A stretch of DNA of 56,939 nucleotides, counting the filler, from Sphacelaria rigidula (Eukaryota): assembly GCA_964200075.2 (NCBI GenBank). It is 6 parts of 6 records of this genome, joined end to end, with 100 filler letters (N's around TTAATTAATTAA, not from the genome) between each part and the next. Parts side by side here need not be neighbours in the genome. Positions count along the whole stretch, not along the records: positions 28,522 to 37,928 come from CAXNAA020008576.1; positions 38,029 to 47,434 come from CAXNAA020008577.1; positions 47,535 to 56,939 come from CAXNAA020008578.1; 3 more parts are not named here. The stretch is one strand, 5' to 3'. Under the pieces are notes generated by a model. That model made no database searches and was not told the DNA's origin. It saw only the letters and a program-made list of their open reading frames with translations. Of the stretch, positions 35,822 to 47,717 are shown piece by piece (the stretch's first letter is position 1; each line of letters begins with the position of its first letter). The translations under genes were made by a program, and so were the position numbers.

Positions 35822-37767
35822 CAGTCTAAAGAACGTTTGAACATGACCCTTTGACTGAGAGCGTCGTCGCGGAACAGTTTCGCCGGTTGACCGACCTTCC
35901 AGGGACATGCGGGTTTCCCAGGGGGCTGGATGTGATTTTCGACAGACGGTGGGTGCCTGTTGGCAGAATAGCCGAAGAACGCACGAAGTCAACCATGTGT
36001 ACCTGGACATTTCCCACGAAAAATTATCGTCCAGGAACGAGGCCTGAGGGGGATGGAAGTGATCATTTTGATAGCTGTGACTGGTCAGGCCGTGTCTTAT
36101 GATCGCTACCGGACGAAGTAGTGCGGCTGAATTGAATTCGCTCGTTGTGCACGGTTTGAGTCCGAGCGACTTTGAAGCTCTCGATTGAGAATGACGGTGG
36201 GATTGATTGAGAATGACGGTGGGATTCGTGAAGTTGTACTCGTTCACTTGTGTTCAGTGAAGACGTTATCGTGCTGTCTGTAGTTTCTGCACAGTTTGTT
36301 TCGTACAGTAGGATGTGAAGGGGGGCAGCGTGCAGTACAGACAGCACGGGACCGTTCCATACTCTGCATACAGGAGAATGTGAGGGAAATTGGAAATCAT
36401 CCACCACGCTCAAGTACAGATAGATATACGCCGGCCGCCTGGCTGCCCATGGGCGTGTGTGCAAGTCGGTCGCCCACCCTGCCACGCAATTCCTTCACCG
36501 ACCCCTACAATGGAAAATGCTCAAGTTTCCGCCGGTAAAACAGAAACACTTCATCCCAACAGCGTGGTGGTGTCGGTTCAACACTACTGTGTATATATAC
36601 CCTTTGGTCAACTCGTGATCTATGCTGCATGCTTGCGTTGTTTGCTGAGAAAATTGTGTGAGGTTTCCATGGTTCTGCTCAAGAGTGGTATCCAGCGTGG
36701 TGGTCTGCAAGATTACAGCCAACTTCCCCTTATTTTTTTTCCGCCGCATGTTTTCGATCGGGAATGTTACACGTTTCTATTTTTCTCCCTGCCGGTCGCG
36801 CGCGATCAGTTGTAAAATAAAATAACACGAAAAATGCTGTAAAATGTAATATGGACGTGAAACCATTTGAGAACGGGAGAGTTTCGCTCCTCTCATGGAT
36901 GTGGAATATTTGTTATTTATATGAATATCAAATGTGTGTTGGTGGTGTACTTTCTGCTGAAAAGAAATAGTTCAAACTAAGCTGCCGCACCATCTTCCCC
37001 CGTTGTCCCAAGCTTGAATCTCAATTTCCGTGACTGACCTATTTGCTTGCATCAACCGTTCCACATTTGCCCTCACATTAGCCTAGATTGTTCACATTCG
37101 TACACGTTCCACAAACCGCAGATCCCGCTGCGCTCCGATCTTTCTCGTCGGGGTGTGTTTACCACGTGGTCGAAGACGAAATTTCTCGGAAACATCTACT
37201 TTTACATTACGCTAACCCTAACCCTGACCCCAACCCAAGGCATACCGAGAACCCTCGGGCTAGGGGGGGGTGAAGCGTTCCTTAGGCAAAGGGTGGTGTT
37301 GGCAGACCTCATAGGCGCCGATTTCAACGAAAACGCGTTTTGCGCAGGCGAGGGGCAGTTGGGGCTGTCAGCTTCGCTCAAGATCCGAATATCGGTGTTT
37401 ACACTCAAGTCAAGTAATAAAATTCCGGGAAGGTTCTAATCGACCGAGTGGTGAACACTACTACTGGAACATAAATGACGTGGGCATATTGTATACAGAA
37501 ATTTCTTTTCCGCCGCATGTTTTCTATCGAAGAATAAAAAAAAAAGTGAAGACACGGCCATCTCTCATGGCAACAAATCTCGATTTTTTTTCTAGACTCA
37601 AAATCGGGGGGACTAGAATTCGCGAACTCAAAATCGGGGGGACCGCTTTATGGTACAGTATCGCAGATGTGTGAAACAGTTCTGTACACAGACAAGTCAT
37701 TTTCTCCATGAGTGTTGTTTCGCGTACTCGTGCATGAAGCCCAAGAGCAGGCAGGCGGTGAATGATC

Positions 37768-37928
37768 CACGGTTAGGACGAATCATCACGGGTTCGAATA
37801 ACCAAATCAATGATTTCTTCGGCCTGATTGCCCAAAAGGGAGAAAAAGTTGATCGCTGGTCCAAGGGGTATCCACGCAACTTTTGTGCCATTCCGCGTGT
37901 CTGGGCTGCGTGCACCTGGGTTGCAACG
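37768..37928 (+). repeat. Dispersed repeat end (CACGGTTAGGAC family), cut by the contig end
   Basis: Matches 52751-52895 and the reverse complement of 19015-19106. Confidence 0.85.
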
Positions 37929-38028
37929 NNNNNNNNNNNNNNNNNNNNNNNNNNNNNNNNNNNNNNNNNNNNTTAATTAATTAANNNNNNNNNNNNNNNN
38001 NNNNNNNNNNNNNNNNNNNNNNNNNNNN
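37929..38028. other. Artificial contig linker
   Basis: N44-TTAATTAATTAA-N44. Confidence 0.98.
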
Positions 38029-38292
38029 ATGAGCCTCTTTTTTCGTGCAACCAAATACCCCCCCCCTATCGTAGGATGACTCAATCGATCTTCGCATTGG
38101 TGAACTCCGGAGACAAGAAGAGACGAAATCTCTTCGCAGCTCGATGTTCTTTGGGGATACCTACTGGCAAGTGAGAAATTCGGTACGTGCTGGTAACATG
38201 CATGGTGCCAGTCTCTCGAGCGATTGGTGATCGCCCAGCGAGGGCACACAAAGGACACGGGCGAGGAGCTTCCTCTCTGTCGTTGCTTCTAA

Positions 38293-38738
38293 CACGGGAT
38301 CTTACAAATTGGAGATGGATCTTTCATTGGGATGAGAAACCTGGAGAATTCAAATCTTCGTATCCACACTAAATCTCCGAAATATGATTCAATTTCTTCA
38401 CCTACTGATAGCTATTGACAACTGCTACACGTCGTAGAAGTTTGTATTTCGATCACCGAAATGTTGGGGTCCTGCGTGAAAAAACAATTTTGGGGAATTT
38501 CGGGTGTCCGTCAAAATATTGGACGCCAAAATGGTTCCGAAACTTTCTTTACACGCAGGACCCCAACATTTCGGTGATCGAAATCCAAATTTCTATGGCG
38601 TGTCGCAGTTGGCAATAACTATCAGTAGGTAAAGAAATGGAGTCATATTTCAAAGATGTGTTGTGGATACAAAGGTTTTAGCTCTCCGGGTTTCTCATCC
38701 CCAATAAAGGATCCATCCCCAATTTGTAAGATCCCGTG
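38293..38738. mobile_element. Foldback MITE (CACGGG...CCCGTG), 446 bp, nested in an older repeat
   Basis: Arms of ~190 bp are inverted repeats (cacgggatcttacaaattgg / ccaatttgtaagatcccgtg; gatcaccgaaatgttggggtcctgcgtg / cacgcaggaccccaacatttcggtgatc). The joined flanks match uninterrupted sequence at ~39640-39720. Confidence 0.85.
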
Positions 38739-40020
38739 TTTTCTCTCTCTGGTGATATCGTCACCGACACGTGTGTACACCACAGGCATTCGGTGCATTT
38801 AGCCACAACGGATGATTCACAGTTGCAGAGTTTTGGGGGGAAAGATGGTTTCGCTCTGTGTTACTTTTCCGCGTCATCCCTGCAAAAAGAATATGCCACT
38901 TGAACCTCATTTTTGAGATCGACTCCCATTTTTCAGGATCCGCTGGTAAATGCTCCTCACGAGGCCGGACACACTTCCTGTAGTAGTTTGCCACTGAAGA
39001 CTTCGATATCCCTGAGTAGGATGTCGACACGTAGCTGTAAGCACACGACAATGTTACCGGCAAAGAAAAGCACACACAATATGAAAAATGGCAAAGTTAC
39101 AGCGAATAAAAAACTCGCTTTCAATCAACGCTCAACTCTCAGTCTTAGGAAAACATTGTTATTCGTGTCCTTCCTGTCGCGCCGGCCATGCAGCGCAAAG
39201 ATCAATTCCTTTCTGCATCTCTTTTCGGGCAGGACGGGCCTCTCTGCAGTACAGAACACGTGGTCGAAAAACAACACGATGTTCCTGTCGGCGTATGCGT
39301 TGTCATGTACACAAGTTCGAGCAATGACCGTACCCCGAAGCTCCAATCGCGTGAGGGAGGGCGCTATAGTTATCTTTCGCCAGAGGCTTGCTTCATAGGT
39401 AGATGTTCACATTCGAGTTGGCTGACCCACGACCATGGAGACTTTCTTGGCATAGACTACAGAGTGAACCAAGATACCTCTGTCTACAAGGACAGAAAGA
39501 CACGAGTATATCAGAAAACATGTGGCAACCCGATGTTGGGGGGGGGGGCTGTCCAAGTAACCGACTGCCGTTCTTTTGCCGACGTAAGGGTGGGCAAATT
39601 GGGTACGTACTGGTAACCCGGTGTCAACGAGCGAAGACACGCAAAGGATACGGACGAGGAGCTTCCTCTCCGTTATTGCTCCTCCGGTGGCATGGTCATC
39701 AACACACGTGCACACCACATTAATCGGATGCTCCCGCTCAAATCTGCTAAGTTTCTTTCGTTTTTCAAATTATATACATGGTACGAACCAGCTATGCCAT
39801 CCGTACGCTGGAGAATTGAACTTCGCCCATGTTCTCGACTCAAAAGAAGTTCGTGCTGGACGAATTCAACAACCGATTTCACGCTTTTTCGGATAAGCTC
39901 AGGTATACCCTCTGTAGATGTCTCGTTAGCAATGTGACAACTTGCCCGAAATATGGTCATCTGATTGGCTGAGACCGCGAGATGCCTGCGCGCAAGTTGT
40001 CGGGAAATCTGTAGCTGTTG

Positions 40021-40490
40021 GACCGTTTCTTGAGGTTGATATTTGGGAGGGGAGGGGAGTGTATTTTCCAGTTTTGGGGGACGTTTAACCCAGTTTCTGG
40101 CCCCCGAATTGGCAATATCGCCGTGAGACGTGATGGACACGTCGCATCACTCCAAGTGTTGGACAGGAGAAGTCTAGCCCACTTTTGCGACTCGCTCGGC
40201 TCCGAGGTTTCTAAAATGGCCCCTGAACAAGAAATACATCAGCTGAAAACAATACAAGTATGCGGTACCCCTGCACGTATTTCTAGCCGTAATTTCGTCC
40301 ACAGATCGTTCTCGAAACCTCGGAGCCTCGCGAATCGGAAAAGTGGGTTATAACAGACTCCTTTCGGTGGGATGATGAAGAGCGTCCAAGACTTGTGACG
40401 ACGATATTCCCTGTTTGGGGGCCAGAAATCGACCTCAGATCCCAATATGGAAAATACGCCCGCCAAAGATACCGACTGGAAGAAACGGTC
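40021..40490. mobile_element. Diverged foldback/inverted-repeat element
   Basis: Colinear inverted blocks gaccgtttct/agaaacggtc, gtattttcca/tggaaaatac and tttctggccccc..aatatcg/cgatatt..gggggccagaaa. Confidence 0.6.
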
Positions 40491-41762
40491 TCTTACACCT
40501 GAAATGTTATTATTTATCACGTTGATCGCTGGTGGCAATATTTTCTTACAAATTTGAACCCACACCAACGAGGATACGCACCTGTACTCCACCCTGCAAA
40601 CGCATAACCTCGCTACTGTACTGTACCGCACTTTACTAAACAAACACAGTGAACGCACTGACTGAACAACCGAAAACATTTCTCTTCCCCCCCCCCTTCC
40701 CCCCCTTCTCCTAACACAACAAACAAGCACCGTGCGATAAAAGGAACCGAAGAAAGGCGAAGGAAGTGGTTTTCAACAAAACGCCTACTTACTTTTTATA
40801 TGCTCTCCATTACTCACGCCTCCTCAGACCATTCGGCTAGCACTGTTCACCTGCTAGTCAAAGGTGCAACAAGGACATAGAGTACTCAATAACAGCAACA
40901 GCGCCACTCCTGCCTTTCCAACACTCCGTGACATCAGCGCTACCACACACACATGTCCACCCTCCTCCTCTAGAGAAAACATAAAATATATAAATGGAGT
41001 TACCGGACCCTCAGGAGTTGATTGCATGCTCCCCCCGCTCCCCAGTCTCCTCGTCTTCCAGGGCGAGTTACTCGGCATACGTCACGTCGTATCCGTCGCC
41101 GGTACGTTCCTCTTCTGTTTTCGGTGAAATAGACTACTCTTGTCTCAACATGAAAATAGAGTACTTGGGGAAAACAACATCTCGGGTGGAAATGAAATAC
41201 TCCGGAGTATATTTTACGAGATTCAAACCAAGCAAGACCTCTCCCTCCACGTGGATTGGACACACACTTGATCCTTCATGCACACATGCCCCCCTCCAAG
41301 TCGTCACTACTATCCAAAACACCCGGCCCCACTGGTGGGACGAAAAACCGTCATTTTCGCCCCACATCACCAACAGCACTGGACGGTCAGGCGAAAAAAC
41401 TCTTTCTTTTCATCACATTTTGCTGTGCCGCAGCTTTTTTCCCGCAGTATGGGCACAAAACACACAACACGCCAAGAATCAAGGGATTTGGAGCCCCTTC
41501 GCGCCTGGCCCCGCCCCTAACATTCACCCCTTCGTCCTCTGCCCTTCTCCCGTTTTTCCTCTCGAACATTTCCCTCTTCGAATGGGGGGATGCTGAAAAG
41601 AGTCGGTAAACACGCACATGCACGCAAAAAAGACAGAAAACGCCAGGTCACGACCGTTCCATTACAACAACCCCGACAAAGCACAACAGCGGCTTTCTTT
41701 TCCATCAAGGACAACAACCCACGCACGCAACACAGACAGACGAATGCACATGATGAGCATAA

Positions 41763-41795
41763 TTGATGCTTGATGCTTGATGCTTGATGCTTGAT
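41763..41795. repeat. (TTGATGC)n heptamer microsatellite
   Basis: About 4.5 perfect copies. Confidence 0.9.
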
Positions 41796-44033
41796 CGACG
41801 CCAAATACGCACACACATGCACACACATGAAAATGTACACATCCATCACAAGTTGCACATACTGTACACACCAAAAACAAGCCATCACCGACGATCTTGC
41901 TCAGCGCCTCATTCGTCTCCACCACACAGATCCTTCTCGAACACTCCCCACAAGCCAACCCTACTACTACTGCTACTACTACTGCTACTACTGCTGAACA
42001 GACAAGCGAAAAACTCCAGCCACTCACATTCTGTGCCAGCATCACAGGCATCCATCACCTTCATATGTCAATATTCCCCAAAATTCTCACAGCCGTCCAG
42101 ACTCACCTCCGTGTTTCAGCTGTTCCGGCACCTCGCGCTATATCCGCAGGTTAACCCCCCCCACCCCCCCCGATCCCAACACACACACCCGCACGTCGTC
42201 TGTTTGACGGCGTGTGGTCCAAAAACAATTAAATGTTTCACCCTTCCCCCTTATACTGTATTAGCTACTACTTGTCTTCCACCGACAACACTATGTATAA
42301 ATGTATAGCTTTTTTTCCGCGTGTTTGAAAAAATGCCACCAACAACAAGTGGCGAACAAACCACGTCGTCACTCATGGCTATGTAGCGCTGTTCATGTAC
42401 TCACGCGCTGAATATATTCCAAGGTGTGATATTGCAACGCATACAGAGTAAATATCTTTCGGCAATTTTTCTCGATCCGCGCTGTGTATCCCAGCTTACC
42501 CTTGACTGATTCGACGCACACACTCACCACCTCACCCCAACCTCACGATCCGCACCCTAATCCGGCATGCCCTCGAGACTTTTGGACATACTGTACCTTT
42601 CTCCAGCCAACCCATTTTGAAAAAATGAAAAAATGAAAAATAATGAAAACTCAAGAAAAAAGAGGCGAAGACTTACGGCTCCGCGTTGTCAGGGGGGGGA
42701 CATTCTCTTCGCCTTGGTTGACCCACATCAACATGAACCGATCCACTGTCGAACACGGGCGGTCGGGATGACACCATCCTGATCTAATGAAGCACATACA
42801 TATGTATCATGAAAAAGTGTTGGGAGATACAAGCCCATGTAGCACGCACACACACGCAACAGTTACATTGTGGGGGTGGGCCACATGAATATGCAGCCAC
42901 TGCATACACGATCACCTACGGTGCCCATGAACGAACAACGCCATTTGGCGGAGTGCGGTACGTACCAAAGAAGAAAAGTGTGAAAAGAGGATGACTGGCG
43001 CGACTGTACTTTACTGAATGTATATACTTGCAGGCACGCACGGCACATACAAGCATCCGTTACCGGCTCTGAAGGGCTCACGTGAAAAATAGCTATAGAA
43101 CCACGACTACATCAACCTTGAAAACTTTCAAGCGGACAGCAGCAGCAGCAGGAGCACGAGACGAAGCACCAGCGTGTTTCTGCAGATATTTTTTTCTCTG
43201 AGAATTAGCGTGCGCTCGACAAAACTGTCAGCAAAAACAGCCATTTACTTTGGGGGGAGGAAGAGGGGGGGGACTACCAAGACCGCGATGTCGGCACACC
43301 CACACTACTGCAGCACGGCACAAACTCGACGACCGCAGTAGCGAAAAAAAAGTTGTCTTAAACGTCGAATCATGACTTGTCGACTTATCAATGGATAGAG
43401 GGCAAACCCACTACGAGACGAACATGCACCCTGTTTTGATTAATTTTGTCACACCTTTTCTCCATGAAAAAAAAAAAAAAAACGTTCGAAAGATAATGAG
43501 CACACCACATACGCACACACATTTTAGAAACCGATGATCCGTCCAAATATCGAATTAATCTCCAACAGGCGGGAAAACTATCGTACGGCCTTAAAATCGA
43601 GACCAACCTCTTCTACCTCAATCGCAAAATGCTCATCTTTCGATGCTAATAAGTGAATATATATATATATATACATGTCATCAGTAGAGGCAAGCGATAA
43701 TCCATGCGATTGAAACGTCGTTCGCGCAACATCAAGAGGTCAGCAACTGCACAACAGTACTCCATCGATGCAACAAGCCAGCGGTGCAGATATCACGGTG
43801 AAGGCACTTTGCAGCCATCAACCGCATACCCACAACCAACTAGAGTTGGGGGAAACACACACACAAACACGCACAGCGACACAGGCAGACACCAGAAAAT
43901 TTTGAAAAAACAAAAGACAAAACGTGGGTACAGTGTCGTAGCACAAAAGATCTGTTCCGCGATGAAATAAACGTATCATGTACTCCGCTTTAAAACATCG
44001 TACTCCGAGTACAGTGTGTGGTATCCTACATCA

Positions 44034-44531
44034 GTCCGAGTCCGAGTCCGAGTCCGAGTCCGAAAGCGCCAACAGTTGCAAGGTACTTGGAGGTATCGAC
44101 CAACACAACATACTGACTCCCCTGGGATACATGGGGCATCGACCAAAGGTACATACTGTTCTGTACCCACTATTCCGGGGTACATACCCACGATATCGAA
44201 CACGTACAATCCGAATCATTCCAGGGCACCTGGGGATATCCACTGCAGAAAAGTACTCGTTATCTGGGGTACCTGGGGGTATCGACCAGAAGAAAATACC
44301 GACTACTGGGGGGTGCCGGCGGTATCAACTACCGGAAATATCGTATTTTCCGGGGTACTTGGATTTATCAACAAGAACAACCTATCGACTATTCCGGGGG
44401 TACTCACCCCAACCCACAGGTCCCGTACCCGTACCCGTACCCGTACCCTAGGAATCCTCGAAACGTTCCTCGACCCTCCGAGAGCCGTATCCGTACCCTA
44501 GGAACCCTTGAAACGTTCCTCGACCCTCCGA
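44034..44531. repeat. Compound tandem repeat: (GTCCGA)n, ~8 degenerate ~43-bp units, (CCCGTA)n, 2 x 50-bp unit
   Basis: Core gggtacctgggggtatcgac recurs near 44082, 44125, 44179, 44226, 44268, 44311, 44354 and 44399. The unit cgtaccctaggaa..gaaacgttcctcgaccctccga occurs at 44442 and 44492. Confidence 0.8.
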
Positions 44532-46136
44532 CCCCCGGAGGTCCTGAGTGAATGTAGGGTAAGGGTTAAGGGTTGAAAGTGAACCACTGCCTCCACCGCC
44601 CCAGGAGCAGCAAAATCTTCACGCGTATGTTCCGCCGGGAGGACACGTTTCATGTCAAGCCGAGGCACGCCAATTTCGGGGGGTTCCGTCGAACCGTTTA
44701 TTTTTAATTTCATACCAGACCTGCGATGTTCACGACTGAAGAATGAAAGGAATTCCGTACAGGTACTCCTTCACCACTTCCATCATTCCTTTTACGCTTG
44801 CCTACGTTTTCAGAAAAGGAATGAATGAATGAACCGTTTCCGTTTCTCTCTCGTGTGTACGTGTTTTTTTTACTTCAACCACTGCACGAAAAACAAGAAA
44901 CGGCCCGTCGGTCCGTGGAGCGCGCGTTCTGTCTCGCTCTTTTCTGTTCCCTTCTCTTCTGTTTTGCTCCAGGCTGTGTCCCTGTAAACTGACACGAAAC
45001 ACGTATTTGCATGCTAAGCAGAAACACTATGGTGCGACCTGACCTGACAGCCTTTCGGTCCATTTCTCTACCTTCATACATCGTCATTTTCCCGACTAAT
45101 CTAATGAATCTATCGAAGCGAGAGAAACGCGGACGCCACAAGAGCAAAAACAAAACGCGGAGCAACTAGGTGCCAAAAGGCACACGCCACGCAAACAAAA
45201 GGTACAGGATAGGAGATCCGCCATTCGGACGACAAAATTGATGATAAATGTCAAACCAAAACCCAACTCAAGCCAATTCAAACCCACCCCCAAAAATACT
45301 ACAAATTACACTCCCAGTAAAGAGACAGTGCGAATAAAGATCCTGGGAAACATCCAATCCAACCTCCCAGTCGTTTACCCCGAACGTCGAATGGAACCAA
45401 TGGCGTGAAGAGATACGATAATCAAGCCACCGACGGGATAATTTGTTGCGCGAGGAAATTTCCTGGCCAATCAGAATTTTCTGGGAACCTTTCTAGGACT
45501 CGAGCTTCGCCCTTCGCTCTGCGGCTCGACGCCAGATCTCTTTCATCTTGACGTTGTTTGCCGCACCCTGCACGACGCGAAAAGAGGTATTTGGTGGAGA
45601 TGAGCATGTTGTCTTTGTCTCCTTTTGTTTTGGAGGATGGGGCGGGGAATTATCGCAAACATAGGGGAGCTGCTCAGCTGTAGGGTTAAGGCTATCGGCA
45701 TCGAAACGCAGCCGGTGATGCTGCTCCGAAAGGTGTTGAAAAAGCATACTGTCAAGGGGCTTGAAAAAAACACAAGAACTTTGCAGGAAAAAAAAAGAAC
45801 GCGACAGCAACGTAAGTAAACGATATACAAAATATATTCAAATACAAGGAACAACAGGAGAAGGAAGGAAGAACAAAGGGGGAAACACTGACTGTAGTAT
45901 GAACTCGGCTGACTCTTGAGGAAATATATTTCCCTTTCTTCGCGGTGGTGTTTGTATCCACAAAAGCGCCAATTACATTCCCTGTCCGTCACCCAGCTTT
46001 TTCCGATCCCATGGCTGCCATGCTGGCGATTCGTTCTGCAAATTTCAAGTCTCGAACCCGGCTTTTCATACTCATCCCGTCCCCGTACATTATAATACAG
46101 TATAAAATACCCGATCGATCCTCCCAGTATAGCACT

Positions 46137-46487
46137 GAGCGATCCCACGATAAGGAGGGGGGGGGGGTTCATTGCAAGAAAGACAGGGACCAAGAAAAAG
46201 TGTGCCAGACGATCTATGACACATTGCGGTGCGCCTCGTCTGGGTAAGAACGATGTCAAACGGTATAAAAGAGTGAAGGAGTGTGTCTCGCGGGTACCAA
46301 TATCGTTCCAGCAAAAGTTGCTGCTTTCAACACAGATTTGTAGTGGCAGATTCGTGCAAAGTATGGCCCAAAACACCCCCCCCCCTCCCCAGCGTACTCC
46401 GTCTCGAAAGGGATGCGTGGTCAATGGTCAAACGACCAAGGCAAGCAGCAAATGAGTACGCCCCCCCTCCCCAGCGTAGGATGACCC
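46137..46487. mobile_element. GRG...CYC MITE, diverged member of the 4-bp-TSD family
   Basis: Left GAGCGATCCCACGATAAGGAGGG, right CCCCTCCCCAGCGTAGGATGACCC, flanks CACT/CAGT. The subterminal block also occurs inverted at ~47160-47240 and ~9326-9390. Confidence 0.55.
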
Positions 46488-46559
46488 CAGTACGGACGAT
46501 GACATCATGATACGGTCACAATGGGTCGCGCCCGATCAAAAACCATGACCAATACGTAC

Positions 46560-46790
46560 CGCGGACGAATTCCCCGCACTGCCATCCCCGCCACCACCGC
46601 TGCCGAGTAACGATGTCGAAGAATTATCAATGGTTGCTAGAGCGGCGGTGCTTGTTTTGCTTGCCGTGGTCGGTGACGCGGAACTCGAGTTTGGGTTCGA
46701 TGCATCGAGCGAGAGCGACCTCGCCCAGGCCGCCGCGCCGCTGACCACCGTGCCCCACAGTCCGCTGAAGGCATTCTCGCTTTCGGTAGC
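46560..46790 (-). CDS. Isolated internal exon of a hypothetical protein (77 codons, phase 0-0)
   Basis: Acceptor ...ctaatacgcacag| and donor |gtacgt enclose the open frame ATESENAFSGLWGTVVSGAAAWARSLSLDASNP...GNSSA. Confidence 0.55.
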
Positions 46791-47434
46791 CTGTGCGTAT
46801 TAGTGCGTCATTTTCCAACAATTGCAGCGGGCATTATATATATAAATAAATTTCGTGTTCTGAATTTCAAAAACAGATGTGCATTTCACTACAATTATCA
46901 AGTTGTACGGCGGGATTGATTGACATATATCCTTCAGTAGCCGCGGTCTACCGTTGCCGATGTTCCCCATGGTTGGTTGATTGATTGATCGACTGTCCTA
47001 CACTACTACTACTATTCCTCGAGGGATATTACCGTGGTAATTATCTACAAGATGAGACATGCCCAAGGTAAACGGAAAGTGAACAATACGAATCGTGCAT
47101 TTTCTCTTCACACGCGAGTGTTCGTTGTGGAATCTTCACTCTTGACAACGCTTGTCCTAGTCGGGTGAAGAGGGGGGTACTCGTCTGTTGCTTGCCCTAG
47201 TCGTGTGATCATTGACCACGCATCCCTTTCGAGACGGAGCATCGTTCCTACTCCTAATAGAGACACCTCCAACACTCCGGCGCTCATTGCATTTCTTCCA
47301 CACATTACACAAAAAAGAAATCACATCTTATCCCCGTCCTATTTCGCCGTCCAGGGGGGGTGGGGGGGGGGGGGGGGGGAGCCGAAGAGACTACATGGTT
47401 TGTTTTATAGTGAAAAAAACAAAAAAAAGGAGAG

Positions 47435-47534
47435 NNNNNNNNNNNNNNNNNNNNNNNNNNNNNNNNNNNNNNNNNNNNTTAATTAATTAANNNNNNNNNN
47501 NNNNNNNNNNNNNNNNNNNNNNNNNNNNNNNNNN
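47435..47534. other. Artificial contig linker
   Basis: N44-TTAATTAATTAA-N44. Confidence 0.98.
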
Positions 47535-47717
47535 TGTCGTGCTACTGACCATGAGTGCGACCTGCGTCCACAACAACACAGAGCACTGCCGGCGATCCCT
47601 CTCCCACAAGCAAGCTCTGCACAACGCACCTTCTTTCACTCCCATCTACCACCGTCACTGCACACATCAAACACCAACACCAACCGAGGACCCAAAGCAA
47701 CAACACAAACACCAAGC

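Noticed and set aside
44082..44410. CRISPR-like repeat-spacer array
   Set aside because: The repeats are degenerate, the spacers look mutually similar, there are no cas genes, and the context is eukaryotic.
44580..44680. Tyrosine-recombinase-like LLGRWR motif on the minus strand
   Set aside because: Too short, and no HxxR or other catalytic residues appear in frame.
45543..46424. 293-aa minus-strand ORF
   Set aside because: It crosses a MITE and poly-T intron-like tracts, with a Phe/Leu/Cys-rich spurious composition.
9408..47534. TTAATTAATTAA palindromes recurring every ~9.5 kb as a biological periodic signal
   Set aside because: Always centred in exactly 44+44 N. This is a synthetic six-frame-stop linker.
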